From: Rhizodiscina lignyota
Lineage: Eukaryota
Direction: 5' to 3'
Length of the DNA stretch: 64,000 bases
NCBI GenBank assembly: GCA_010015805.1
Contig: ML978133.1
Location: 558,001-622,000 of the forward strand
Translations under genes and position numbers: made by a program
Notes under the pieces: model-generated
Seen by the model: only the letters and a program-made list of their open reading frames with translations
Database searches by the model: none
Told to the model about the DNA's origin: nothing
Part shown: positions 12,801 to 26,428 of the stretch, piece by piece
Numbering within the stretch: the first letter of the stretch is position 1
How the letters are laid out: each line of letters starts with the position of its first letter

Positions 12801-13468
12801 CGGTAGCATCTCTTTTAGAGGGTAAGAGCTTGGTATGTTAGACCATCGAAGACCTATGTGTAGCTAACTTGTTGCGATGTAGGCGCCCAGGACGTCCCAG
12901 ATCCGAGCTTGCGTCTCCAACTGACCCGGAAGAATCGGAACGCATGCGACTTTACTGGGTGAAAGACAATGATCAGCCCGTTGACTGCCTCCCTTCCTTC
13001 TCCGAACGCGAACGTTACTTGGATCTGTATTCGAAAGCGCTGAAAGAGCGCGACGAAGCCTCCAAGGGCGTTTCCCCGTATAATGTGGACGTTTTGTACG
13101 GGTTCTGGTCACACTTTCTCCTTCGCAATTTCAATACCACCATGTACAACGACTTTCGGCGGCTCGCGGTTGACGACTTTGAGAACCGCGAATCAGTAGC
13201 TGGCTTCAAAGCCTTGCTGAAATACTATAAAGAGGCTCTGAGCAACGAAAATCACTCGATACGGACTCGTGTTGCATGGCACTACGTCGACCTGGCGAAA
13301 AGAGACCTCGAGAACGAAGATGCGGGTCGACGGACTGACAAGCTGGCTTTCAAGCAGCTGAAAAATCAGTGGAGGGACGGGGCGACGAGTCTCCGGAATC
13401 GCAAGGTTCTCGGGGAATTTGTTGACGACGAACTGAGGACAACGCTTGATGCACCTAGCGAGAGGTGA
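9863..13468 (+). CDS. LARP1: La-related RNA-binding protein (LARP1/Sro9 family) with La motif and C-terminal DM15-like region (3 exons)
   Basis: La motif QLEYYFSVDNLCKDVYLRKNMDTQGYVFLSLIANFKRIKSLT spans the intron at about 12009-12056. RGG-rich disordered N-terminus; C-terminal LYGFWSHFLLRNFNTTMYNDFRRLA resembles DM15. Confidence 0.85.
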
Positions 13469-14530
13469 ACAGTCTTGCTTACCTCCAATCCATCGAACTA
13501 GCTTACTACTTTCTCAGAATGCCGGCGTCGCTTTTGGCTCGAACTGCCATTAAGTCGAACTTTTACTCAGCAGCCGAGCTCTCCTCGAAATGGGGCATGG
13601 CATTCGGTTATCATAAAAGGATGTGGAGCGTCTAGCTCGCACAACATCCCCTCAGTGTACTTTCCCTTTCCCTCTGACGGACGACTTCGGTGCGAATCAA
13701 CTAGACACGGATGCCAAGCTTCCTCCGGCTTTGCTCCTTTGCACTCTGCTACGACTTTAATACATCGGAATCCCTTCTGACGGAACGCATGCGGCATCGA
13801 CTCTCAGCACGAAAAAATAGACTTTCTGGGTTTTGCGACTTTGCTGTTTTGCATCTTTTTTTGCCTTGTTTTCTGGGCAGTGCCCTCCACTCGGAATTCT
13901 CGCACTCGTTCACGGCTGGACAGAACATGTCCACAACCATTTTGTGTTTACACTTCCTTCGAGCTGGGTTGGGCTGGTGTTACTGGTTTCTCGCGCTGCT
14001 GATGCATGTTGCTGCTATGCGATGCCTTGCTTAGTACTGCTTCTTTACGTCCCTTTTGTCTTCGAACTCAGACCAAACACTGCATAGCGGGCATCGTCTT
14101 TGGATTTCTTCCCCCTAGCTCCCCTACTCCCCCTCTCAGCACCACGATTTCGACAGACTGTGCGTGCTGTGCGGTCTCAATGGCCTCAGCGGGGAGCGCT
14201 TCTGCATTCAGATGTGGTTTTTCTTTTCCTCCACCCTTTTCTTGTGTACGATCGCGGGACCGAGTGGAATAGGGCATTTTGCTTTCTTTCCGTGAAGAAG
14301 GACGGTGCGATCAATCAAAAGTCAGTCAAGCGAATCGATGAGCATAAGGCCTCCTGCTTGTTTTGTTGTCTCTTCTCTACTCAACACGTTGGGGAGCATA
14401 CGGGGGCGACTGCGGCAGTGGACGGTTCAAATAAATAAGCGCAAAGTGAAAAGTTTGTGTCATGGTGCCTCGCTTTCTTAAGTGCTTCTGTTGGTGGCTT
14501 ATGCTGGGCTCGCTTCTTCGCGACCGCTAT

Positions 14531-16366
14531 CTACATCGCCTCAACTCTGATCACCCCTTCATTCCCATCCACCCACGTCCCAATCTCCCTTGTGCCGGCT
14601 ACCAGCTCCACTTCTCTCATCTTATCGCTGCTTGCTCCGCCTGCGTTGCCGGGCCCCGCGCCATCGTCGTCACCGTCTGAATCCCAAGGCTCGCCCACTT
14701 CCTTCTGCTTGACAGAAGCAACAACGTCTGCCTCGTCCGTCTTCCAAATTAATCTCAGTTTTCCAGGCGGTAGACCGAGCTTCTTCCCCACCAGGCCTTG
14801 GATGGTGTACACCGAAAAGCGCCTCGGCACCTCGATCGTCATGTCCCATCGCCCATCCGCCTTGAGATGCAAACGCATCAGCCTCGCGGCCAGAGCGTTG
14901 GGGTTCGCGACCGGACCGGTGCGAGTGATTCCCGGCTCGCCGTACTCGGCGCACAGCTCGGCGTAGCGCGGATGCTGCGTGAGCACGCTCGCCGCCGGCA
15001 CGTCGTGCGGCAGCAGCGAGACGGCGAGCGCGACCTGCGAGAGGTAGTACGTCTCGGCGTTCAGCCGGTCCTTCGGCGTGACGGCGCTGTAGTTCAGCGA
15101 CGTCAGGCGCGCCAGCCGGCCGATGGTCAGGATGTAGCCGTCGTCGGCGGTGAGCGGCTTGCCGTCCGGCGTGCGCAGGTTGTGGAAGAGCGGGTTGTGC
15201 GCGATGCGGAGCGCGGTCTGGCCGGGGAAGGTGCGGTGGAGGGCGTCGATGAAGGGCCATGAGGCGATGGCGTTGTGGGAGAGGTCGACGTCTTTGAGGG
15301 AGGGCTGGAAGGTTGTCGTTTTGTCGGCTGATGGGGTTGAGGATATCTTTGATATCTGGTTGTTGCGCAGGACGAGCTTTTGTAGATTGGGTAGCTCTCG
15401 AAGCGAACGGATATCTGCCAGACTTTCGAAGCCATTGTCTTCCAGCGTGATAGTCGTGATGGTATGTGGCAACGCACTGGTATCCAGAGTTCTCAGGTCA
15501 TTACAGGAAGCTGCGAACGTCGTGATGCCAGTGTACAATCTCGCAGTCGCAGCAAGTTCTGTCCATGAGAGCAGCGTGTCTTCCAAGCTCAACAACTGCA
15601 CCCCCCGAAATCTCGATTCAAAGTATCGACGAGCCGTCGCCGAGATGGAGGTATCCCTAAACCGGTTCCCATCGCATCTGAGGCTCCGCAAATCCGGAAG
15701 CTCTTCGCACACGCTCGCGATCTCCGCCCACCGCTCGAAGAGGTTCCGGCTCAGGTCCAGCTCCAGGACCTTTGGGCACGTATCCCGCACGTCTGTCGGC
15801 CGTCCAGGCTGCTCCAGAGGGTCTCGCACGCTCCCGGGCGCCCACGAGTTCCAAGCTCTTTCAAACACTTCCGTGAGCGGGCGGTGGACCGCCAGCCCGT
15901 CAAGCAGCACGACGCGCAGCTCCTCCAAGTCGGCGAGCCGTCTGCGGATCTTGTCGAAGCCGACCTCTTCGACCTCCTTACCGCTGATCTGGATAGCAGA
16001 CTGGGAAGCCGCGGTCTTCCTGCTGCGTGCATCGACCTCCGAGGCGTATTTGTGCTCCAGAGCCTGCACCACAGAGCGCGGCTTGTCGAACGGTCGACTT
16101 GGTCGAACGAACGAGCCTGCTGCAGCGCGACGGGCGCCTGTACAGTCTTAGATCCGTGTGACGCGCAATGGAGTGAGTGCTGGAAAGGCCTTACATGCGA
16201 AATATCTCACCCCGTTGTGCTCGCCCGAGTGCTTTCCTCGACTTGGCTCATCCCACTCCACGCCCAGCCACTCGCCCTTCGTGCCCTGCACCGTGCCGAC
16301 ATAGCGCACTGTACACAGGTGGCCATCATACGAGAGGCGCCTGCCCACGTAGAGTCCGTCGGCCAT
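14531..16366 (-). CDS. PAC2: Tubulin-specific chaperone E (CAP-Gly, LRRs, ubiquitin-like domain); 2 exons
   Basis: CAP-Gly TVRYVGTVQGTKGEWLGVEWDEPSRGKHSGEHNGVRYFAC, then VEEVGFDKIRRRLA, leucine-rich repeats and RLNAETYYLS. Confidence 0.93.
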
Positions 16367-16570
16367 GATCGATTAAAGATTCTGGTAGCGAGCCTGGAGC
16401 AAGTTGGAAGGCTCGAAGCGTACTACGCGTCAACATGGGTGGGCCTGTTTCGCGTCGGCAGTCATCGCTTCCAGAATGAACAGAGCCTGAGATGCACAGA
16501 AAGTTTGATCTTCCGGTGTAGAGCGTATGGTACGCTAAAGTTTCACATTCGCGAGCTAAATACTTGTGCG

Positions 16571-16590
16571 TGTGTGTGTGTGTGTGTGTG
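16571..16590. repeat. (TG)10 microsatellite
   Basis: tgtgtgtgtgtgtgtgtgtg read directly. Confidence 0.9.
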
Positions 16591-18600
16591 CCGATAAGTA
16601 GGCACGCAAGCGAACTGCACGCTGCAAGGCTCTTGCAAGATTAGGGAGACTGCGTTCACTTGTTGCGCTCGAACGTCTCGACGAGACATAGATCTTGGCC
16701 AAAACTCAGCAACATTATATATAATCTCAATTCAACTTTGGATTCTTCACTGGGTAATTTGCTACAGGCGATCACTGTGTGGCTCACTCTGGACGGGCAC
16801 GCCATTATAACCACCCTCTGAACACGCCGGTCTGGACATTGTAAGCAAGACAGCCACTGCCTTCAGACCACCAATAGCCAATAGACGAGCATTATTCACT
16901 TAAGTACTCTCAGAGTATCAGTGTAAGCTTAACCCAACGAGACAGCCATCTATTTTCGAGTCGACCAGGTTATGCGCATGCAGCGCGGCTTTTTTGGTCC
17001 TAAGGATCCCTACAAGATTGGAAGCCAGAGCGTGGGGGTTCGGACGCTCAATTCAGCGACCGTGGAGCAGGAATGCTTGCTACAGGGTCATGTGGTATCT
17101 TGATTTCTGCATTAGTAATCCGATGGTGATTGCACCAATAAAGTCTCATACAACGGAGGAGCACATCGATGTGGGCGAGGATATCACCGGTAAAACGGAA
17201 ATACTGGAGCGCAGAGATAGAGCTCTCAATGGCGAAGTGGCCCGCCGTAGTGACGGACCACAACTGAACGAACGACTCTATCCCCGTGCCCCGATACGGT
17301 TTATGCTCTTCGGTCACACTCCCTTACATCTCACACGGTAGACAAGAATGCCCAGGACAAAGGAATTACATATTAGTACTAGAAACAACTATATCGCGGC
17401 GCCTATAGAACGTGAAGATTGAAGAACAACAAAAAGCAACCCGGATATCGCGCCACTTCTCCATGCATGTGCGAAGCGGTCTTTTCCCGTCCAGCGAGTG
17501 TCAGGACCCCAAAACGAAAGAGAAAGAAAAACTCCCGGTGAAAGTCCGTGGTCCAACCATGCATGTCTGGGTAGCCCACAAGATGCTTGCTTGCTGCCTA
17601 AAGAAAAGCCATGAGCGATGGTAAAAGAAAGGGGGCGAAGGAAACAATGCCTTGAAGCTCCACACGGGAAGCCGCGAGGAAGCAACAAGAGGGAGATGGG
17701 GAAAGCAAAAAGCCAAAAATGCTAGTGCGTGCGCGCGCGCAAAACGGTCCGCAAGAACAAAGCAAGAGCGGCGGAGCCTCCTCATTAGACTAGAATTAAT
17801 TCGAAACAAGAAGACCTTTGCATCGTGCCGTCGTCCTCATATTCATCCCCAAGCATACCGACGTAAAACGAAGCGGATGCGCAGCTGAGCGAGCTCCTCA
17901 GCGCTTGTTATCAGAAAAAGCACATCGCGAAAAGATATCCAAGCAAACAAAGCAAATCAGCGCGAGCGTTTGTGAAGCAAGATTTCCATGCAAACTCGAT
18001 CCCTAATGCACAAAGTAAACGAAGAAGTTTGAGGAAGCAATACCGAAAGAGACCATACGAAGTATGCCCGAGTGTGCGACGACGACCAGGGTAATGCAAT
18101 TTCCCAACCCAACCCAGTCCAGTATGCGACGATCCCATTTGGGATTAACAATCCAAGCGAAGAGTGAGAAGAGGAGGCAAGTATGTACCAGAAGAGAAGG
18201 GCAAAAAGGAGATAGTATACAGGGTATGGGGAGGAGTGAAACGGCAAAGGTGTAAATGGGGGCCAAAATGAAGAAGAACGAAATCGAAAAGCGGAAGGAT
18301 CCCCCGACTCATGAAGGAAAATGCCCAAAGTTCGCCCGAGGCTGACTCCAAGAATCCCATGAAGAAATCCCAGGATGGACGCTCCACGAAATGCAGATCA
18401 AACGACCACTCGTGGTATTGCCAGTCTGTCCCAACTCCAGCTCCACCAGATGCACACACCCCCAGAAAATGCAGCACTGACCCCAGGATCGCTAGTCCGC
18501 CCAAACCCAAGCCGCAGGCGCACCATGCCATTCCTCGTCTCTTTGTACGCCTTTCAGTGATGGGCGTTTGCTTCGGCGTTTCCTTTCAATATATTCACGC

Positions 18601-20892
18601 TCAAAAGCCTTGACCCCATCCACCGCCCTGCGCTCCTGCCCAGCCCTGCATGCCCGGCTGTCCACCAGCCGAGCTTTGCGGCTGGCCGTGTTGCTGCTGT
18701 AAGAACTGCTGTGGTGTCGGCGTGCCACCAGCGTACATCTGCCTCTGTTGTTGCTGTTGGCCTGCCTGACCTGGGAACATACCCTGCGGCATGCCGGGGT
18801 AACCGCCCATCTGCTGGTGTATATTGCCACTGCTTCCTTGATGGTGTAGCTGAGGAGTCTGCGGCTGTCCCGGGTGTTGCGCCTGGTGCATTGGGCTGTG
18901 ACGTTGACTCATGTGCGGGCTGTGCTGTGGAGCGCCCATGTGCTGCTGATACTGAGGCGGAATGCCACCGCCTGGGTGGTGCTGTTGGCCGAGAGGCGAC
19001 GGCTGCGGTTGCGGAGGAGGCCACATGCCGGTGGGCTGGTAACTGTATTGTGCAGGCTGGTTATGCGTGTGCGCTGTAGGAAGAGTGATTGAAGGTGAGC
19101 GTTGAGATTGCTGAGGCATCTGAGGATGATGCATGTTCTGGCGCACTGGAGACTGCGCGACCATTGATGATTGTGGCATGGTCTGGTTAGCATAAGCATG
19201 TTGAGCCATCATCTGTTGTTGTCCATGCTGTTGCTGATGCGGCAGGAGGTTCTGCTGATTCGGCTGCATGCCAGCGGTTGACGCCATTTGAGGAGAGTGA
19301 AGCGCCTGCGACCCCGTGGGTTGCGGAACATTTTCGCCTTCGATGGAAGGTCGATGTCCTGAAACTGGCGACTCGTGAGGCCTGTTCCAGATGTCTTCAA
19401 GATATTTCCCACGGTTCGTGCGCTGCTGTCCAAGCTGTTTATTGAACTCTGCTGTCTGTCCAGCCTGGCTGAGAATCTCTGTGCCTGAACTCGACTGCGT
19501 ACGGTCAATGTACGGCTGACCCGAGATTTCGTGCCTTGGCCGTTGCACATTGCTGTAGTCGCGCGGACGCAAGTCGTCTGTTGGTGCAGCGTTGATCATT
19601 GGCAAAGGCGCAATCGTCGTACCCATCCCGTCTATCGGACCCGGTGGACCGTTGCTATAGATGATTTCTCCATGGGGTAAGGCTGTCAGTGATGCCAGAC
19701 TGCTGGCTTCCGCTGCTGCTGCTGCTTCTCTTTGCTTTGCAGCACCTGGTCGTTTCTCTCCTGCAGCGTCCTCTTCAGTAAAGCCTTGCTTTCTGGCCTT
19801 GCCTTCCCAATAGTCGTCCCGCACGCGCCGGCCGTTGACGATCAACCTGCTGCCAAACTGGCGGAACATCGATCTCGCAGTCACAATGGCAATCTGTCGC
19901 GATCTGTAGGAGTACGGTAAGATTTCTTGCTGGATCAAATCGTCCTTCTCCGCCTGGTTGGCGATGATCTTATGGAGCGACCTGTTCTTGTTGAACAGCA
20001 AATACGAGTCGCGATATCCCAGCACCCGGGCGCATTCTGTGGCAAGCATAAAGAGCTTGTCGCCTCGGTTGGGGACATAAAATGTCCGACAGCGGTACTG
20101 TCTGCCGTCGAGAACTTGGCCATTTTGTGTGACCTTTCGTTCTCCTGCCTCGTCTATTTCGCGTGGAATATACTCGTCTCCCTCGGGGTTCAGCTGGTCA
20201 GTTGTATGGTCTCTCACGGTCGGCAACGCCTTCAACACGGTGCTCTTCGTCGGAGTTGATTTTGTCGGTGAAGCTTGAGGCGGAGAGTTGTGCGGTAAAG
20301 ATTGATTAACTAATTGCGGAGTCTGAGCGGCTGGTGCTGACGGCGCAACGACTTGTGTAGCGGAAACGGGGCTTTCGGACACTTTGCCACTTTTCGGAGG
20401 TCGACCTCGCTTTCTTCGCTTGGAGTCTTCTGCGGAACAGTGTATTAGATTCAGTTGTTCTTTCGATGGGACGCGACGCGTCATGTCGCTAGCGTCTGAA
20501 AGCGGGGAGTGAACTCACCATCATCGCCACCTGCTGTCCCGCCATAACTGTCAGGCGATCGACTGCGCTTGACGCCTCGTGGACTTGATTGAGGTGGTGC
20601 GTTCGATACAGCGCCGGGTCCCAATGCTATTTAGACGGTCAGCCATTTATTTCGCTCGCTCGCGCGGAAGGTTGCGGCGGATGTAACGCTGGCAATTGGT
20701 GCTCCAGCGTTACAGTAAGCAGCGGGAGAAGGATTAAGGCAGACTCTATGAGCTTGATCGCACATAATTGAAAGGATGATGCGTACCAGAGGCATTCAAC
20801 GCCGCAGGATTGATAGTGCCCGAGCCGTCCATGAGGCCACCGGGTAAGCTCCCGTTCAACGGCGCCGAGACTGGCTGTGACATTGAGTACAT
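18601..20892 (-). CDS. NPL6: RSC/SWI-SNF subunit Npl6/Rsc7 family, with AT-hook-like motif and Q/P-rich tail (multi-exon; start tentative)
   Basis: GDEYIPREIDEAGERKV...CRTFYVPNRGDKLFMLATECARVLGYRDSYLLFNKNRSL...VTARSMFRQFGSRLIVNGRRVRDDYWE is the CRC-subunit domain; KRGRPPK motif; upstream exon MYSMSQPVSAPLNG. Confidence 0.88.
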
Positions 20893-21634
20893 GCCCAGTC
20901 TAGAGGGGGCACCAGCTAGCAGTAGCTCGCCAGCTTCGCGAGTGCCGGATAGGGTTGTAGGACGGCCAATGCGACGAGGTGACTCGCGCGGGCGATTGCC
21001 GTGAGGCAGCGTGGTACGATGCTATCTGTGGAGGAGGTCGGTCGGGAGACGCAACGCTGTCTGCGGCATTCGTCCTGACAAACGTTTGGTTGCAAGGCGA
21101 CCGGACGAGACGGCGATGGTGATGAGTGGTGATGGACGAGGCGCGCTGCACGACGGGGCCTGCGGACGACGAGCTGCACGATCCCGGGTTTGCTTGCTTC
21201 TGCCCGGGGTGGGTGATTCGCCGGGGAGGGAAGACGGTGCTGATGAGAGACGTCGGTAGAAGTTCAGCGCAGTGCCGTTTCCGATTGACGTCCAGAGGCA
21301 GAGGCGAGCGTTGTCGCGCGTGGAGGCGGTGGTGGAGGTTGTGCGGCGAGTTTGCGCAGGACGTGAGGTGCTTGATGGTTGGTAGTAGTCGAGAGATCCG
21401 CTTGAGCGGCGCGGAAGGACAGCCAAGGGCGAGGGCTGCGGGAGCGTCGCGCTTCGCAGAGACGCTTGGACGATGCGATAGGACTGGTGCGGTTCGGGCG
21501 CGGGTGCGGCGAACGGGAGGCAGAGGGTGCAGCTGGGTGGGTGGAGTGGAGGTGATGATGTGCAACAGAGGCACTGCACCGGAAGGACTGCGTGCTGTAC
21601 AGTCGCACTGGCGTTCAGCGAGAGAGCAGCGAGC

Positions 21635-21650
21635 GAGAGAGAGAGAGAGA
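21635..21650. repeat. (GA)n microsatellite; a second tract lies at about 21904-21918
   Basis: gagagagagagagaga read directly in the NPL6 upstream region. Confidence 0.8.
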
Positions 21651-24600
21651 GCTTGCGCAAGCGGCAGCTGTCAAATGAGCGCTGCAGGCTGGGGAAGGAC
21701 GGGGGACGGGTGCAGCAGGCGGTGGCCTGTGGGCTGGGAGTGCTAAGCTTGGGGAGGAGTGCGAGAGGGAGGGATCGCCTTACAGACGCAAAAAGGGCAG
21801 AGTTGTACTGTACGTCGCGGGAGCGCCAAGTAAGGGCAGGGAGCGGCGGTGCGGTGTCTTCGTCTGGCTGGCTGCGAGAGGCGAGAGTGCCGCAGACAGG
21901 AAGGAGAGAGAGAGAGAGGGACGGGTGCTGCGATTGATTGATGGTCTGGTCTTCTGTCGCGGATGACTGATGGGTGATGACTTCGCCTGACGCAGACGGA
22001 GAGCGTGTACCGCGCCACTCTGGGCCTTCGTCTGCGAACGGTCAAGGTTCTGATGCGCGGCAGAGTCAGTGATGCTGAGAGGCCGGCGCTGCAGGAAGGC
22101 GAGGAAGACAGCCGGCTGGCCAATTCACAGCAGCGAGATCAATCTCGATGGGCGCGTGTCGCGTCACGGGGTGCGGCGAAAGCGAGTTTCTCAGGATTGA
22201 TATATTGGGAATCGCGGTGAAGCAGGCAGGTCCCGTCAGAACCGCGTGCGCGGGTCTCTAGGCCTTCGATGCGGCCGGGGGTGGTGCTTGCAGTGCAGGC
22301 GTCGGGAGTTCTCGCGCACGGCGAGGCTCAACTTCTCATTACGACCGGCGATGGCTAAGAGGGCGACGGCGGCGGCAGCGACCGGCAAGCCCAGCAAATG
22401 GCGCGCATGCTGGCGTCGCACACGAAGGATCACGCATCCTGGAGCGATCGCAGACGTTAGGTGAGGTCAGCGCGAGCACTATCGATCAATGACGACAGCA
22501 GATAGAGCGCGCTCCTGGCAATATGATGGATTAACTCATTTTGCGCTGCAGCGCTGCTTGATTGTCGACTAGCCCTCCACGACTAAGACGGCGTCGTACA
22601 GACGTCAGTAGTGCGCGCGAGCAAATGAGCGTGTCGCCGGTCTTCTGCGAATGCAATGCACTCAGCTCGTCCGGGACCAGCTAGACCCAACTTCTGCACG
22701 GCCTAATACGGCGCCTGGGTAGGCAAGCGCTCGGCCGCGATGACCTGCAGCGATGTCTGCACTGCTGCAGAGCCCAGCAAGTCCATCTCGCAACGCTCAG
22801 TCTCTGGCGACGCTGCTCTGATTGCTCCTTCGCCGCTCCCTTGCCCACCCCACACCCGGCTCCCGCTCGACAAGGGCAGGCAGGCCGAGCTGTCCAGTCT
22901 GACCGAATCATGGCATGGCAGGGCGGAAAAACCAAAGTCGCTTGGTGTCCGCTTTGAGAGGAGGCTCTGGCAGCAGAGCATGCAAGGACGTCGACGTCTC
23001 ACCCGCGCCGCTTTGGGACTTTGCCAATTCCCTCTCCTTCGACGTCGACGCCGAGCTGACTGGCTGCTAGATCTAGCACCATTCGACCTACAGCATCTCA
23101 CTCGAGAGCCATTAACCGCTTCCGTGCTAAGTCCACCTTGGCTGTGATCCCGATCTCCAACGTCGCTCTTCTTCCTCCGCATCGACGTGACTCTGTGCTT
23201 TATCCCCGGCGCCCGCGGCACTGCGGCAGACATGGCCAGAGTTGCCGGAATTTGGAAGAGCAAGTCGACATGGCGAAAGTCGCCACGGCGTTGACACGGT
23301 CGAGACCCCGCTTCGCAGCCGAGGTCGCGCTCGACAGCAACAGCCATCAGCCATCAGCACCGCCATAGCCCGCGAGTAATGCACGCCTGCCTTCGCCACA
23401 CTCGCCTACCTAGTCCATCCGGCCTACCCGCGCCGCTGGGCTCGACGGGGCAGGAAAACCAGAAACATTCGTTCGCTCGCGCCATGCCCCAATAGCCGCC
23501 GAAAAAGAAACACCCAGCAGGCGGAAGGGCGGCGGGGATGGGCCTTGAACGCTTCGACGCGCGACCCCCGCCCGCTTTGCAGCGCCGCTTCTCCAGTCGA
23601 GCAGGCGCTCATGCTGGAGCTTGCATGGAACGCAGATCGCCCGTTCGTGCGTCTATCTTGCATCGCGACGCCACGGAGCTGCTGAGGCGCTGTCTATAGT
23701 GTCGATCCCGAGCGTGCAATGCCACTTGCACCTCGCCTATTCTGCGCTTCTGGCCGTACGAGACACTGCATCTTCTCTCTGGCCTATTCGACCATGAAGT
23801 TAACTGCGAAATGCCACAAGTTTGATCGGCACTATCTTTTGCTGAAACTGTGCCCCAGTCACGCCTTCAATCATTCCTGAAGCCGCCTCAATTCCAGCGC
23901 CGGCCTTGTTCAGCGGACCTGGCTCCGACGCTCCCCCACTCGACAGTTTATCTGCCTCGACTTGTCACTTTCATCATTGCTTTGTCGCCTGCACTGTGGA
24001 GAAAGCTGGAGCCGAAACGCGCCATGCCGGTGCTTGTGTCTCTGTCTACCTGCTTGTTTATGCCTCGTACAGATTCCAGCGCCACGGATCGGACAATGCG
24101 CCGCTAGATATTCCTCCAGCATGCGCAAAGCAAGAAAACAACTGCTCTCGGCCAAGTAACTTGGCAGCGAGGATCTGCAGCTGTCATGTGAAGCCGCATT
24201 GAGTAACTCGTGCCCACTCCACTGCATGGAGGAAATGAGTATATTGGATTCTATCTGATGAAAGGCGTATGCGTCAAAGAAAGAGAGGAGAGAGAGGCAA
24301 ATTCAGTCGTAATTTGAGACACGATGCGCCGCCGACGAATACGATCATTCAGAGCATCTTCGCATCCCGACTGGGCTTGTCTCGGCCAGGGTCGCTGGCA
24401 TGGGGCACAGGGCAAGCGTTCGTCGCTCATTGACCCCTCAGACCAACCAGCGCACGAGCAGACGAGGCGCCGCCAGTGGCTTCAGCATCTTCCTTGCGGA
24501 GAACGGGGTATCAAGCATGGGCAGCAGCTGTCAATGATGGCGCAGGAAGGGAAAATGTTTCAGCGGTGCCCAGTATCTCTCGCTCATCTGAAAATCCTTG

Positions 24601-26428
24601 CGCTAGTGCCCGCTGCGCTCGCCGCATTCGTGCTACCACACCTCCTCCCACATTCCCCCACCCCCAGAGCGCTCAATCTCCAGCGCCAGGCGAGTCATCT
24701 GGCTCTGCCGCCTCATCTGCTGCCCAAGACCCCTGCTCAGCATGGCCATTTGGCTTTTGCACCACCCTTGTAGCAACAAAGGCCCGCTCGGCACACCCCC
24801 GCCAAAAGGCCTCCCCGCGAGCAGCTTCCCAAGGTGCTGGAATCCAAATCGACTGCCCGTCGGCAAGCGGAACGGGGCGACACCTAAAGGGCTGTCGATG
24901 AGCAAGGTATTCGAGGAAGCCTAACTTCGATCGGCGGGAGGCTGAGGAGCTAAGCGTCGAATGGCCTTGTGATCGCAGCGTGCAGACCCATGCGATATCC
25001 AGGAGCACTTCCACACAGCTGTGGCAGGGAGCTGAATGCAGCGTTCGGCCAAGCAGCATGAAGAGCGCAAACCTTGGAAGCTCGCGCAGCTCTTCTCAAA
25101 TAGCGCCTTCTCTCCAAACCTCGTACCCAGGAGAGCAACTGTCATACTCATCCGATCCACTTTGCCTCCCCAAAATGTGCACACTCTTTTCCCACCACCG
25201 CCGGAAGGCAGCTGCAGCCATTTGCCATCAGCGCTCGACCATTGAGCACATGCAAGTCATCTGCTGCCCAAACGAGAAGAATGTCCATGCCACGCATGCT
25301 TGATAGCTCTCGTTTCGGCGGGCGCCAGCTTGCCAGGAAGAGGATGCTTCCCCCTTCGGCCCATGACGGATCCAGAGCGTCGGGGTTTGACGAGACGAGG
25401 TGCTCATATGACCAATCAGTCAGCATCGACAATCGCAATCCGGATACAAGGATTCAACGCGCACTCTTCAACTCATCGTTGCAACTGTGCAAAATAGCGC
25501 AACCATGAAAAGAGAGCCGATGAAGAAATTCGGGGTCGCGGTGAGGTCCTGCCGATGGCGCCGTTCAGAGCACGTTCTCGGAGCTGATGCGGAAGATGCA
25601 GCCTGCACGGTGCAGGGGTTTTCCTGATGCTGTGCAACATCTCCTCCAGCGGTGGTCCGAGAGCGATGAATTAGAAACATAACCAACGGTGGTACAGATC
25701 GGGGACGGCTCCAATAGCTGCAGATGCTGTAGGTATTCTAGTCATAATTGTGCGTCAAGAACCCAGTCGCTTTGAGGCCTGGAATGCAGCCGGCAATGCC
25801 GCCATGCTATAGGCCATGTCGAACGGCTATGTTACACACAGTGTGGCGGTGTGTTTTGCTTCTGCCTTGATAATCCCGATATGAGCGTGAAGTAAGTAGT
25901 GGGGATACGCTGAGAGTCTCTGAAGTCTGCTCTGATGAAACTGGAGCCTGTCGGATCAGTCTGGAGGGTGCGCATTGCCATCACCACTTGTTGATGTGCT
26001 GCAAATGCTTCTAGGGACCCTTGTAGAGATCTCAGATGACCAGTAGAATAAGGAGGCTAGAATGTGGCGGAGAATATTGCACATGGAATCCCTGGTAGAG
26101 TCGCCGCTTTCGTAGGCCATCAAAACACGATAGAGTCACCCATGTAGAATTCTGAAAGGCCACATGCACAACATGCCTGTAGATTGGGGTTACATGTGCA
26201 TGTGGGAAATATGCACTTGCATGAAGCATAGGTAGAACTTTTCATGTCTCCTTGTATTCGAAAATTAGCTGTGTAGCTACAAGGTTCTAATTGTGGAGAC
26301 CTACTGCAAGAGATGTTTCTTGCCGACTGAGCGCAAACCAACCGACCTGCTCGGGTATCTGCCAGACGAATGAAGACGGAAGTTCTTGCCGGAACAAATG
26401 TTCTTTCCAGGGCAAGCATGAGAGTCAT

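Noticed and set aside
16994..17341. 115-aa ORF downstream of NPL6
   Set aside because: Non-ATG start and no recognisable motif.
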